Made by a program: the position numbers and the translations under genes | From: an uncultured Bacillota bacterium | GTDB taxonomy: Bacteria; Bacillota_I; Bacilli_A; ML615J-28; CAG-313 | DNA: 55,737 nucleotides | NCBI GenBank assembly: GCA_946611195.1 | Contig: CAMODB010000005.1 | Location: forward strand, 1-55,737 | Direction of reading: 5' to 3' | The notes under the pieces: generated by a model | Database searches by the model: none | What the model was told of the DNA's origin: nothing | What the model saw: only the letters and a program-made list of their open reading frames with translations | Shown: piece after piece, positions 1-9,303 of the stretch | How the letters are laid out: each line of letters begins with the position of its first letter | How positions within the stretch are numbered: position 1 is the stretch's first letter

Positions 1-77
1 GTTGTATCTATAGTATTATTAGATTCTATGAATCTTTTGCCACTCCCAGCTAGTAATAATATTAAAGCTTTAGTCAA
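1..77 (-). CDS. Partial (runs off window) sugar-phosphate nucleotidyltransferase, IspD/TarI-like N-terminus
   Basis: Not in the ORF track. TTG at 77 overlaps the end of the PAS gene, with AGGTGA SD upstream. Translates MTKALILLLAGSGKRFIESNNTIDT, matching the nucleotidyltransferase xILxAGxGxR motif. Confidence 0.6.
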   Translation of the reverse strand, partial: MTKALILLLAGSGKRFIESNNTIDT

Positions 78-1284
78 GTTTTTCACCTGTTTCATTTAAG
101 GTTTCATTTAATATTTTTTCATATTTATCAGCTGTTTTTGAGATTGGATTTCTTGCAAGATTATTCATTAAATCAATTGCTTCTTTGGTTGATAAAACTT
201 CTTCATTATTTTTATTACCATTATCAATCGAAGTAATATGAATAATAGATACTAATTCATCTTGATTTTTCGATAAATAAATTGAATCTTCAACCGCATT
301 AAAGACAATATTTTTAATCTTCATTCTAAATTTAATTCTTGTTAAATTAATAGAATTAATCGTCTTACTTTGTTCATTATAAAGATTTTTATCTTCATCA
401 ACAATTAAAGAATAAAATTCTTTAAAAGTTAATTCATTTCTTTCTAAATCACAGAATGAAGAAAAAGCTTGCGTTGTGTAATATAATTTTTCTTGATAAT
501 CAAAATATAGAACAATTCCTTCCGATAAAGACATTAAAACATGTAACATTTCTTTTGCTTTATAATGTTGATTAACAACTTCATCCAAAGCTCTTTTTAA
601 TTCTTTGGTTGCTTTTTCTCGGTCTTTATATAAATAAATAGCGGAACCAATCTTTTTATTTTTAAGAAAATGAGTTTGTACCAAACCTAAATAATGAGTT
701 GTTTCTTTTTCATTATAAAGACGAGCATCCATCGTAAATTCTAACATTTTAAGTTTGCTGGCATCATCATCTAAATGATTTAAAAAATAAGCTGCATTAC
801 TAGAAATGAATTGATTACCATCAATTAGTTCAATATTTAAATTATCAAAAAGAATCTTCCACCCTTTTTTACCTAAGAGTTCTTTTTTAGTAAGTCTTGT
901 TATTTCAATTAAAGAATTACTATATTCTAAAATATTACCATTTTCATCTAAAGATAGATATATATCATAAGTATCATTCTTAATTTGTTCATGTACTTCT
1001 CTTAAACAAATATCTTTCTTGATTTGATTTAAAAAGAAATATAATAGATAAAATACAAAGGCTAAGAATAAAAGTATGATCATAATATAGCGAAAGGCTT
1101 TACTATTTACGAAACTACTAAACGCAATAACAATGGCCACTACTAAGACAGCAAGATATATATAATCAACCATTTGTGGCTTTTTATTTAAATAAATTGA
1201 TATTGATAATATCATTAAAATACCAAAGACTATTCCCGCATAAGCTAGAAAAGAAGTAATTTGGACAAAAGTACTTAGTAGCAT
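70..1284 (-). CDS. Membrane protein, about 3 N-terminal TM helices plus two PAS-like domains, no output domain
   Basis: Hydrophobic first ~85 aa. PAS-like segments IYLSLDENGNILEYSNSLIEITRLTKKELLGK and LMSLSEGIVLYFDYQEKLYYTTQAF. AGGAGG SD. Confidence 0.6.
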   Translation of the reverse strand: MLLSTFVQITSFLAYAGIVFGILMILSISIYLNKKPQMVDYIYLAVLVVAIVIAFSSFVNSKAFRYIMIILLFLAFVFYLLYFFLNQIKKDICLREVHEQIKNDTYDIYLSLDENGNILEYSNSLIEITRLTKKELLGKKGWKILFDNLNIELIDGNQFISSNAAYFLNHLDDDASKLKMLEFTMDARLYNEKETTHYLGLVQTHFLKNKKIGSAIYLYKDREKATKELKRALDEVVNQHYKAKEMLHVLMSLSEGIVLYFDYQEKLYYTTQAFSSFCDLERNELTFKEFYSLIVDEDKNLYNEQSKTINSINLTRIKFRMKIKNIVFNAVEDSIYLSKNQDELVSIIHITSIDNGNKNNEEVLSTKEAIDLMNNLARNPISKTADKYEKILNETLNETGEKLD

Positions 1285-1294
1285 AAGAGACCTC

Positions 1295-2068
1295 CTATTT
1301 TACAATAATATGTTGATTTAAAGATAATTCTAAAGATTCTTTACTTAAATTACGAGTGATAGTTCCACCAATAGTAGTTGAAATATAACCTGTTTCTTCG
1401 GATACTACTAAGGTATACGCATCACTATCTTCACTAATACCGATAGCAGCTCTATGTCTTGAACCAAGTTCACTAGGAATATCGGCTTTATCAGATGGAG
1501 TATAGAAAACAGCTGCTGATACAATACGATTACCACGAATAATAACAGCACCATCATGTAAAGCTGTATTAGGGAAGAAAATTGTTCTTAATAATTCGGT
1601 TGTTACATTAGCATCTAATTTAACACCTTTATCAATATAAGTATTTAAATTATTTTCTTGTTCAATGGTAATTATAGCACCTATCTTTCTTTCGGAAAAA
1701 TAGAGGACTGTTTCTAATAATACTTTAATAAGATTTTGTTTTTCGTCTTCATTACTTAAATATTTAGGAGTAATCTTCTTATCGATAACATTTCTTTGAT
1801 GTTGTTTAAGTTCACTACTAGAAACATAAGTGATGGAGAAACTAAAGATAACGGTTGCGAGAATCGTTGTTAAAGCGATGTATTTTAAATCAAATACGAT
1901 ATATAAAACAATAATTAAAAGATAAACAATGGGAATGAAGATGACTACTTTTTTCTTGAATTTCTTCATAAGGCTTATCATAATAAGAATAAAGAAAACA
2001 AGTATTAACGCAACATCAAGCCAAAAACCGATGGTATTTTCTTCTAAATATTTGGTAATATTTTCCAT
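1295..2068 (-). CDS. cdaA: Diadenylate cyclase CdaA/DacA
   Basis: N-terminal TM helices, GAIITIE, LHDGAVII (DGA) and GSRHRAAIGISE (RHR) motifs. Confidence 0.95.
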   Translation of the reverse strand: MENITKYLEENTIGFWLDVALILVFFILIMISLMKKFKKKVVIFIPIVYLLIIVLYIVFDLKYIALTTILATVIFSFSITYVSSSELKQHQRNVIDKKITPKYLSNEDEKQNLIKVLLETVLYFSERKIGAIITIEQENNLNTYIDKGVKLDANVTTELLRTIFFPNTALHDGAVIIRGNRIVSAAVFYTPSDKADIPSELGSRHRAAIGISEDSDAYTLVVSEETGYISTTIGGTITRNLSKESLELSLNQHIIVK

Positions 2069-2079
2069 ATTTTCTCCTT

Positions 2080-2586
2080 TTATTTTTTTAATAAATTAAT
2101 CATTTTTTCATCTTTTTCATCTAACGCATAGTCAAGAGCAGATGAATTTCTTTCATCAACTAAGGAACGATCAATTCCTAAGTCTAATAATAATTGAGCT
2201 ATATCATAATTAGCATAGACAACTGCTAAATGAAGAGCTGATTGTTCTAATTCACAGCTGATATTAATATCACAACCAGCTTGAACTAATTCTTTAATTA
2301 ATTGAAATCTATTATTTCTTACTGCCAAATGGATTGGCGCATCATATTGATCATTACAGATATCTAAATTAAGACCCATTCTTTTTAAAAAGAGAAAAAG
2401 ACCATTAATATTATATTTAACTATATAATGGGCAATCGTATTGCCTTTTAAGTATTTTGTGTTAATATTAAATCCTTCTTTAACATAAGAACGAATTGTT
2501 CTTTTAAGATAAGCTAAATGATTATTATTATCACTTAAAAGATGAATAAGTTCCTTTAATACTTCTTTTTCTTCTTGTTTAGTCAT
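2080..2586 (-). CDS. Ankyrin repeat protein
   Basis: Repeated ankyrin motifs GNTIAHY, DAPIHLAV, QSALHLAV, SSALDYA. Confidence 0.9.
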   Translation of the reverse strand: MTKQEEKEVLKELIHLLSDNNNHLAYLKRTIRSYVKEGFNINTKYLKGNTIAHYIVKYNINGLFLFLKRMGLNLDICNDQYDAPIHLAVRNNRFQLIKELVQAGCDINISCELEQSALHLAVVYANYDIAQLLLDLGIDRSLVDERNSSALDYALDEKDEKMINLLKK

Positions 2587-5500
2587 TAATAAGTACTTCC
2601 TATCTTTTCTTCTTCATCAACGATATTTTTTATTTCGAGAATAATATCATTGAAGGAATTATATAAATCTTCCATTGAATAGACAAGAACTTTCCAACCC
2701 ATCTTTTTATAGATATTAACATAATATATATAATCATCAGTTAAAGAATAATGTTTATTCTTTCTCTTACCTAAAATGATTATACCAAAACGATCATGGG
2801 GTGTTCTAATGACAATATCAATTAAGCCAGGACCAAGTTTTGGTGAAAGTCCCGCATTAAGTAATGCATCAAAAACATAAGTAATAACACTTCCTTCAAT
2901 ATATGGTTGAAGAGGAGTAACATTAGTTATATAATTAGCGATATCCGTTTCATATTTTTCATTCACTTGTGGTGATTTAGTATTCTTATAAGAAAGATGA
3001 ATCATCTTTTTCGCATTGAAATAATTACGAATATAACGTTTCTTTTCATCTTCTTTTAAATCAATCAGTGCTGGATACCAGACATATAAATCATCACAAT
3101 TACGCGTAGCTTCACTACCAACCATAATTAAATTAATATGATTATCTAAGATTTCCATGGTTTGTTCACCACTATAACTTAAACGAATAATTTCAATTAA
3201 TGATTTATAGATTAAACGTTTATCAATTTCATTAAAGACTAAGATATTGATTTGCGAATTATTGGTTTCAAAATTCATAACCGCTTGTTCAACCATATCT
3301 TTTAAGGTATTATATTTTTCAATACTAATTCGCGAATCAGTATCATAAATATATTGATTGTCTTTGGTAAATTGATTTTGCGCTTCTTGTGATAATGATA
3401 GATATCTCTTCTTAATATGAATTAGATGAGAATCATCAATTCTTTGAATAAAAGTATTAGTAACTGATGATTCAAAATACTGGTCACCAAAGACTAAGAA
3501 TTGTTGATTTTCATTATTCTGTCTGAAGATTTGGGCATATTTATTAGCGGTTGCTAAATGTGCATCATCAACAATAATTGTATCAAAATAAGATAAATCG
3601 CTTAAATTATTTAAAGTATCAATATCTGTTAAGAAGATCTTTTTATATTTAGGAAGTTCTTTTAAATAGGTATCAAAATTATTGAAATCAAAGAAAGGTT
3701 CTTTCTTCTTCTTGGCTTTTCTTGCCATATCATTACAATAATTTCTTAAATCAACGAGATTATTATTACAATAATTTTCTTCACTTTCTAGATAAAAATG
3801 AATATCACTCTCAAGTCGATTAACATTGATACCACTAAAATTCTTTTCTTTTAATTCATTATAAAATAATAACATTGTCGAATATAAATAATTCTCAGCT
3901 AAGTTAGTTTGATATACCCCATCTTGAATCTTTTTCGCAAGATCATCTAATTTATATTTATAGAAGGAATCTAAGATATGTTCAATTTTGAAAACATGGG
4001 ATACTTGATCATAACGTTTAACATATTCATTTAAAGTCTTATCAACATCAACGAAGGAATAATTTTGAATATCCATCTTTCCACCATAAAAACAAGTAGA
4101 GAAAGCTCTTAACGCATTATACCATTCATCGTATAAATCAGTAAATTCTTGGTTATGGCTAATTAATTTTGTAAATAATTTTTCTTCATTGATAAGCTTT
4201 AAGATATCAATTTTACCACTCATGCGTTTCATGAATTTTAAGAAGTGCGCAACAGTTTGTCCTATTTCTACTACATTAGTATCAAATTCTTTAAAGGAGG
4301 AACCAAATAATTCTTTGAAAGTACGAGAATTGTTTTCAAATTCTTTTAAATTTTCTAAATATGTTTTATCTACTTCAATGATTAATTTCACATCGAAAGT
4401 ATTTATTACAGATTTGTTTTTAAAATACGAAATTAAATTGTTTCTTGATTGAATAACTCTTTCAAAATAGGGAACACTTGATTTAATATTTCTAACGATG
4501 CCTATAAAATGATTATCTTCAAATGTTAAATTATAAATAGCTAATTTACCTAAGATTTGTTTACCTTCTTCTTTTAAAGAATGAATGGTTTTACAAACAT
4601 TCAACATATTTTTAAGACGATTTTGTTCATCAATTTCATTGATAAAAGTAGATAAGCATAAGCTTTCATAACTTGAAATACTTGAAATAAATTTTAAAAA
4701 GCCTAAATAATTTTTTAAAACATATTCATTTAATTTTCTTAAATGTAAATTAGTAGGTAATAATTCAACAATTTCTTTACTGTATTTGTTATATAAGCGA
4801 ATATCTTCCATTAAGTCTTTAAGATCTTTTTTATCTTTTCTTAAATTCTTTTTGTCAATTCTTTTCTTTAAGATTTTTAAATAATTATTAGTTGAAAGAA
4901 TATTTGCTAATTCTTCGATATCCGCATCTTCAATATCATAATATTGATTAATATTCTTTAATAATTCATCGGCTTCAAGTATTTTATTATTTAATTCTTT
5001 ATATTTTTTAACCATTCCAAGTGGTGATATTGCGTATAAATTAAGCCATGATTCATCAATATTATATTTCTCAAATAAATCAATTAATTTATCCATAAAG
5101 ATAAATTGTTCTTTATTCGGTTCGCTGAATTTAAAATATTGTTTTGCTTTATCATAAGTCATGCTTGAAGATTCAATCCAAGTATTAATTTGCTTCACTA
5201 AATTATCGAAGGTTGGATTAGATGATAATAATAAATCGACATATTTATTATCTTCACTATCTTCATCATTTAATTTATAATGGCCATGACAAATAACTTT
5301 TAAATCTTTTTCACTGCTTCCGGCAACATAATCTTCACAAGCATTTTCTTTATACCATTCTAAGGAATTATAATTAAGGTCTATTTCTTTGGATAAGATA
5401 TCTAAATATTCATTAGATTTTTCTTTAAAGCCATTATCAATCCAACAAGAGATAGGTTTAACTCTTTCAAAAGATAATAATTGTTCAGTTAAATGATTGA

Positions 5501-6884
5501 AGTCCGCAATATCGACTATTTTATTTAAACCGACTTCTTTACAAAAATCATTTAAAATTGATACTAATTTTTCATTAACGGCATAATAATTAGCTGTTCT
5601 TTCAATAATTTCATTAACCTTAGGAGCAGTAGGGGAAGAAAGAAGAGTTGACCAATAATTAGATGTAAATGGATCAACAAAACTAAATTCATATTCGATT
5701 TCTTTTAAGCTTTTATAAATGAATTCAACTTCTTCTATTTCAAGTTTACTTGATGCATCGATGATGTTATCATCACCTTTTTGTTTCATACAAGTTAATT
5801 TTTCAATAATATAACTATATGGATAACCATGATATTTATAATCAAAGATAGCTTCTTCACTAGCTAAAGAATCAATAGTTTTAAAATCAAAATCGGGTTT
5901 TTTAGTTAATAATTCAATATCGCCAGCAAATTTTAAATGATGAGAATTATTAATTTCACAAACTAAATTATATAAGCCTAAACGATATAAATCTTTTCTC
6001 AGACAATTTATATTAACAATATCATGATTTAGATATAATACTTTCTTACCATTAGCTACTAAATCAGCTATGATATTTAAAATAGTTAAGGTTTTACCAG
6101 TACCTACTCGACCATCAACACCAAAACTTTTACCTAAATGAGCAGTATAAATAAGATGTTTTTGTTCAATATTCGTTGGTGTTATTGCTTTACAATTAGT
6201 AAAGAATTGGCGAAGTAAACTAATATCATTATATTCATTAATTGAGCCTTGATGATCAAAAGCATTATTGGGAATTACTAAATCGGAATATTCAATTTCC
6301 ATTTTGGTTAGGAAATTAGATGTTGATACGACTAAATTAAAATCATTAATTAATTTTAAACAAATATTATCAATATCATCTACTCTTTGAATCTTATAAT
6401 CCATTAAAGAATTTAAATATATTAAGGCATTTTGATTTAAGATATTATTGTTTTCCGCATATTTCTTAAATACGACATTAAAGGATGGAGCAGCACTCAT
6501 ATAAACTAAATTATCTTTTAAATCGATAGTAATTGGAAGTAAAATAATTGGTGCATATTTTTCCGTTTCAATTTCATCAAGATAACGAATTGTTCCACAA
6601 GTAATCACGATTTTAATCGATGAGTTGTGCGCAAAAAATTCATAAAGATAATTAATTTGATAATTAACTTCTTTATTATCTTGATTATATAATTGACCAA
6701 CACCATCTATTAAAATTTTTTCATCGAATAAATCTGTTAATTTTTTTACTCCACCTTGAAGTAAATCATCAATAACTTGAAAAGGAATTGTTCCTACTTC
6801 AATATAGTATTCACTATCAAGAATATTTAGTAAATGTGTGTTTTTTGATCTAATGTTATAAGTAGTAGTAAAATTTCTGCTCAT
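2586..6884 (-). CDS. DUF4011-like / SF1 (UPF1-like) helicase / C-terminal Vsr-MTES_1575-like nuclease fusion, degenerate
   Basis: YAPIILLPITI (DUF4011-like). Walker A GRVGTGKT in GKSF..G..GTGK.TI.NIIA...A.GKKVL context. Walker B-like IIVDDAH, GDQ. C-terminal IDIVI...GW nuclease-like tail. Long helical insert between Walker A and B. Confidence 0.7.
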   Translation of the reverse strand: MSRNFTTTYNIRSKNTHLLNILDSEYYIEVGTIPFQVIDDLLQGGVKKLTDLFDEKILIDGVGQLYNQDNKEVNYQINYLYEFFAHNSSIKIVITCGTIRYLDEIETEKYAPIILLPITIDLKDNLVYMSAAPSFNVVFKKYAENNNILNQNALIYLNSLMDYKIQRVDDIDNICLKLINDFNLVVSTSNFLTKMEIEYSDLVIPNNAFDHQGSINEYNDISLLRQFFTNCKAITPTNIEQKHLIYTAHLGKSFGVDGRVGTGKTLTILNIIADLVANGKKVLYLNHDIVNINCLRKDLYRLGLYNLVCEINNSHHLKFAGDIELLTKKPDFDFKTIDSLASEEAIFDYKYHGYPYSYIIEKLTCMKQKGDDNIIDASSKLEIEEVEFIYKSLKEIEYEFSFVDPFTSNYWSTLLSSPTAPKVNEIIERTANYYAVNEKLVSILNDFCKEVGLNKIVDIADFNHLTEQLLSFERVKPISCWIDNGFKEKSNEYLDILSKEIDLNYNSLEWYKENACEDYVAGSSEKDLKVICHGHYKLNDEDSEDNKYVDLLLSSNPTFDNLVKQINTWIESSSMTYDKAKQYFKFSEPNKEQFIFMDKLIDLFEKYNIDESWLNLYAISPLGMVKKYKELNNKILEADELLKNINQYYDIEDADIEELANILSTNNYLKILKKRIDKKNLRKDKKDLKDLMEDIRLYNKYSKEIVELLPTNLHLRKLNEYVLKNYLGFLKFISSISSYESLCLSTFINEIDEQNRLKNMLNVCKTIHSLKEEGKQILGKLAIYNLTFEDNHFIGIVRNIKSSVPYFERVIQSRNNLISYFKNKSVINTFDVKLIIEVDKTYLENLKEFENNSRTFKELFGSSFKEFDTNVVEIGQTVAHFLKFMKRMSGKIDILKLINEEKLFTKLISHNQEFTDLYDEWYNALRAFSTCFYGGKMDIQNYSFVDVDKTLNEYVKRYDQVSHVFKIEHILDSFYKYKLDDLAKKIQDGVYQTNLAENYLYSTMLLFYNELKEKNFSGINVNRLESDIHFYLESEENYCNNNLVDLRNYCNDMARKAKKKKEPFFDFNNFDTYLKELPKYKKIFLTDIDTLNNLSDLSYFDTIIVDDAHLATANKYAQIFRQNNENQQFLVFGDQYFESSVTNTFIQRIDDSHLIHIKKRYLSLSQEAQNQFTKDNQYIYDTDSRISIEKYNTLKDMVEQAVMNFETNNSQINILVFNEIDKRLIYKSLIEIIRLSYSGEQTMEILDNHINLIMVGSEATRNCDDLYVWYPALIDLKEDEKKRYIRNYFNAKKMIHLSYKNTKSPQVNEKYETDIANYITNVTPLQPYIEGSVITYVFDALLNAGLSPKLGPGLIDIVIRTPHDRFGIIILGKRKNKHYSLTDDYIYYVNIYKKMGWKVLVYSMEDLYNSFNDIILEIKNIVDEEEKIGSTY

Positions 6885-6918
6885 AGTACCCTCATTTTAA
6901 CATTTATATTTATATTAC

Positions 6919-6981
6919 ATTATAACACAAAATATCAAAATAAACTTTAAATTAGTTATTTAAATTATTTTATGTTATAAT
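6919..6981. promoter_or_regulatory. Divergent promoters, each with extended -10 TGTTATAAT
   Basis: attataaca at 6919-6927 (minus, helicase operon) and tgttataat at 6973-6981 (plus, hflX). SD AGGAGGT precedes hflX. Confidence 0.6.
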
Positions 6982-7006
6982 ATTTTCGAAACATTAGGAG
7001 GTAAAC

Positions 7007-8278
7007 ATGTTAGATACAAGAAATAAAGCCATTATTTGTGGAATTAATTTTGGACATGATGAAGATTTTAATTATTCTTTTTCTGAGTTAAAGAATTTAT
7101 GTGAAGCATGTCAATTAGATGTCGTTTGTGAAGTTGTTCAAAATCTAAATACTCCTAATACGCGTTATTATTTTGGTATTGGAAAAATTAATGAACTTAA
7201 AAATTTAGTTGATTTTCATCAAGCAGATATCGTTATTTTTGATGATGAATTATCCCCTGCTACTTTAGTAAACATTATGGATGAAATTGAAGTAGAAGTA
7301 ATTGATCGAACAATGTTAATTTTAAGAATCTTTGAAAAAAGAGCTAAAACTAAAGAAGCTAAACTGCAAGTAGAAATTGCTAAATTATCTTATCTCTTAC
7401 CTCGTTTAGTAGGATATCATAAGAATCTATCCAGAATTGGTGGTTCTGGTGGTTCAACTCATACTAGAGGTAGCGGGGAAACCGCCCTTGAATTAGACCG
7501 TAGACACATCGAAGAACGTATTTCTAAATTAAAAAGTGAATTAGCTGATCTTTCTTTAAATCGTTTAACCGCAAGAAAACAAAGGATTAAAAATGAAATG
7601 AAAATTGTTTCTTTTGTTGGTTATACAAATGCGGGGAAATCAACTACTATTAATACCCTTTTATCTGTTTTAAATGAGGATGAAGAAAATAAATATTTAT
7701 ATGCGGAAGATATGTTATTCGCAACCCTTGAAACATCAACAAGAAGAATTAAATTAAATAATAATCATGAATTCTTACTTACCGATACGGTTGGTTTTGT
7801 GTCTAAGCTTCCTCATCATTTAATTGAAGCTTTTAAATCAACCTTAGAAGAAATTAGGGAATCTAGTTTAATTATTCATTTAATTGATTCTTCAAGTCCA
7901 TATCTTGATAAACAAATTGAAACTACTAATCTAGTATTAAAAGAATTAGGTTGTGAAAATATTAAAACATTATATGTCTATAATAAAATAGATTTGATTA
8001 AAAATATGGTTTTCTTTAATCCAATCATAAAAGCGGATTTATTAATCAGTAACAAAACCAATGAGGGTATAAATGAATTAATTGAATTAATTGATAATAA
8101 TCTTTTCGATGATCTTAAAACTACTTTATTACTTCCTTTTTCGAAAGGAGATATCTACAATGTTCTAAAATTAAAAGCTAATATTTTATCAACTGAATAT
8201 TTAAATGAAGGTATCAAAGTAGAAGTAATCTTGAGTAAACATCTTTATTCTTTATATCAAGAATATATCTTAAAATAA
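7007..8278 (+). CDS. hflX: GTPase HflX
   Basis: GxGK..E, DR..LIL.IF..RA.T.EAKLQVE, GETALELDRR, VGYTNAGKST, DTVGF motifs. Confidence 0.97.
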   Translation: MLDTRNKAIICGINFGHDEDFNYSFSELKNLCEACQLDVVCEVVQNLNTPNTRYYFGIGKINELKNLVDFHQADIVIFDDELSPATLVNIMDEIEVEVIDRTMLILRIFEKRAKTKEAKLQVEIAKLSYLLPRLVGYHKNLSRIGGSGGSTHTRGSGETALELDRRHIEERISKLKSELADLSLNRLTARKQRIKNEMKIVSFVGYTNAGKSTTINTLLSVLNEDEENKYLYAEDMLFATLETSTRRIKLNNNHEFLLTDTVGFVSKLPHHLIEAFKSTLEEIRESSLIIHLIDSSSPYLDKQIETTNLVLKELGCENIKTLYVYNKIDLIKNMVFFNPIIKADLLISNKTNEGINELIELIDNNLFDDLKTTLLLPFSKGDIYNVLKLKANILSTEYLNEGIKVEVILSKHLYSLYQEYILK

Positions 8279-8284
8279 AAAAAT

Positions 8285-8315
8285 AGTGATATTATAGGAA
8301 AACTATAATATCACT
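8285..8315. terminator. Bidirectional terminator between hflX and dusB
   Basis: Stem agtgatattatag / ctataatatcact flanked by A and T runs. Confidence 0.8.
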
Positions 8316-8319
8316 TTTG

Positions 8320-9303
8320 TTATCTAACATAAACCTTATTATCTAACATTATTTCATTAATTAATTTTTTTAATTCATTTAAAGTAGATATTTGGGTGAT
8401 TCTAATGCGGTAAGGTTTAGTACCAATTAATTGTTTTAAATACCAAGCTCCATGGGTCCGCATTTGAATCAAAGCACTTCTTTCATTTTTGATTTTAATT
8501 AAGCGAAGTGTATGTTCTAAAATCATTTGAAGGATTTCTTCTTTCGTTGGTTTATCTATTATTTTCTTTTCTTCATAAAAAGAGACTAATTCTTTAAAAA
8601 TCCAAGGATTTCCTAGGGCACCTCTACCAACCGCAACCGCATCACAGCCTGTAAAATTAAACATTCGATCACAAGATTCTAAATCGATAATATCACCATT
8701 ACCAACAACCGGAATTGAAACACTTTCTTTAACAAGCTTAATATAATCTAAATTAGCCACACCTTCATAAAAATCACTTCGGCACCTCCCATGAACAGTA
8801 ATTAAACTAGCCCCCGCTTTTTCAATAATTTGACTTACTTTATCACAATTTATAGAATTATGATCCCAGCCAATTCTTATTTTGCAACTAATAGGAATAT
8901 CTAAATTATCTGTTAAAGTTTTAACAATCGTATATATCTTATCCGGATTTTTAAGTAGAGCCGAACCTGATCCATTTTGTACAATCTTTTTCATTGGACA
9001 ACCCATATTTAAATCAATCATTTCGGGATGGACTTTCTCAATTACTAGTCTTGATGCCTCTAATAAACTTTTTTCATCACTACCAAATAATTGTAAAGCC
9101 ATAGGACGCTCAGTTGAATCAATATTAATCATTTCTAAAGTTTTCTTATTATCATATAATAATCCTTTATCACTGATCATTTCACCAACAACTAAGCCAC
9201 AACCCATCTCTTTTGCAATTGTACGATAAGCGATATCCGTAACACCAGCCATTGGTGCTAAAAAGATATTATTCTTTAGAATCAGATTCTTGATTTTCAT
9301 CAT
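8320..9303 (-). CDS. dusB: tRNA-dihydrouridine synthase DusB
   Basis: LAPMAG, QLFGS, IDLNMGCP, KIRIGW, HGR, GNGDI, GRGALGNPW. Confidence 0.95.
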   Translation of the reverse strand: MMKIKNLILKNNIFLAPMAGVTDIAYRTIAKEMGCGLVVGEMISDKGLLYDNKKTLEMINIDSTERPMALQLFGSDEKSLLEASRLVIEKVHPEMIDLNMGCPMKKIVQNGSGSALLKNPDKIYTIVKTLTDNLDIPISCKIRIGWDHNSINCDKVSQIIEKAGASLITVHGRCRSDFYEGVANLDYIKLVKESVSIPVVGNGDIIDLESCDRMFNFTGCDAVAVGRGALGNPWIFKELVSFYEEKKIIDKPTKEEILQMILEHTLRLIKIKNERSALIQMRTHGAWYLKQLIGTKPYRIRITQISTLNELKKLINEIMLDNKVYVR

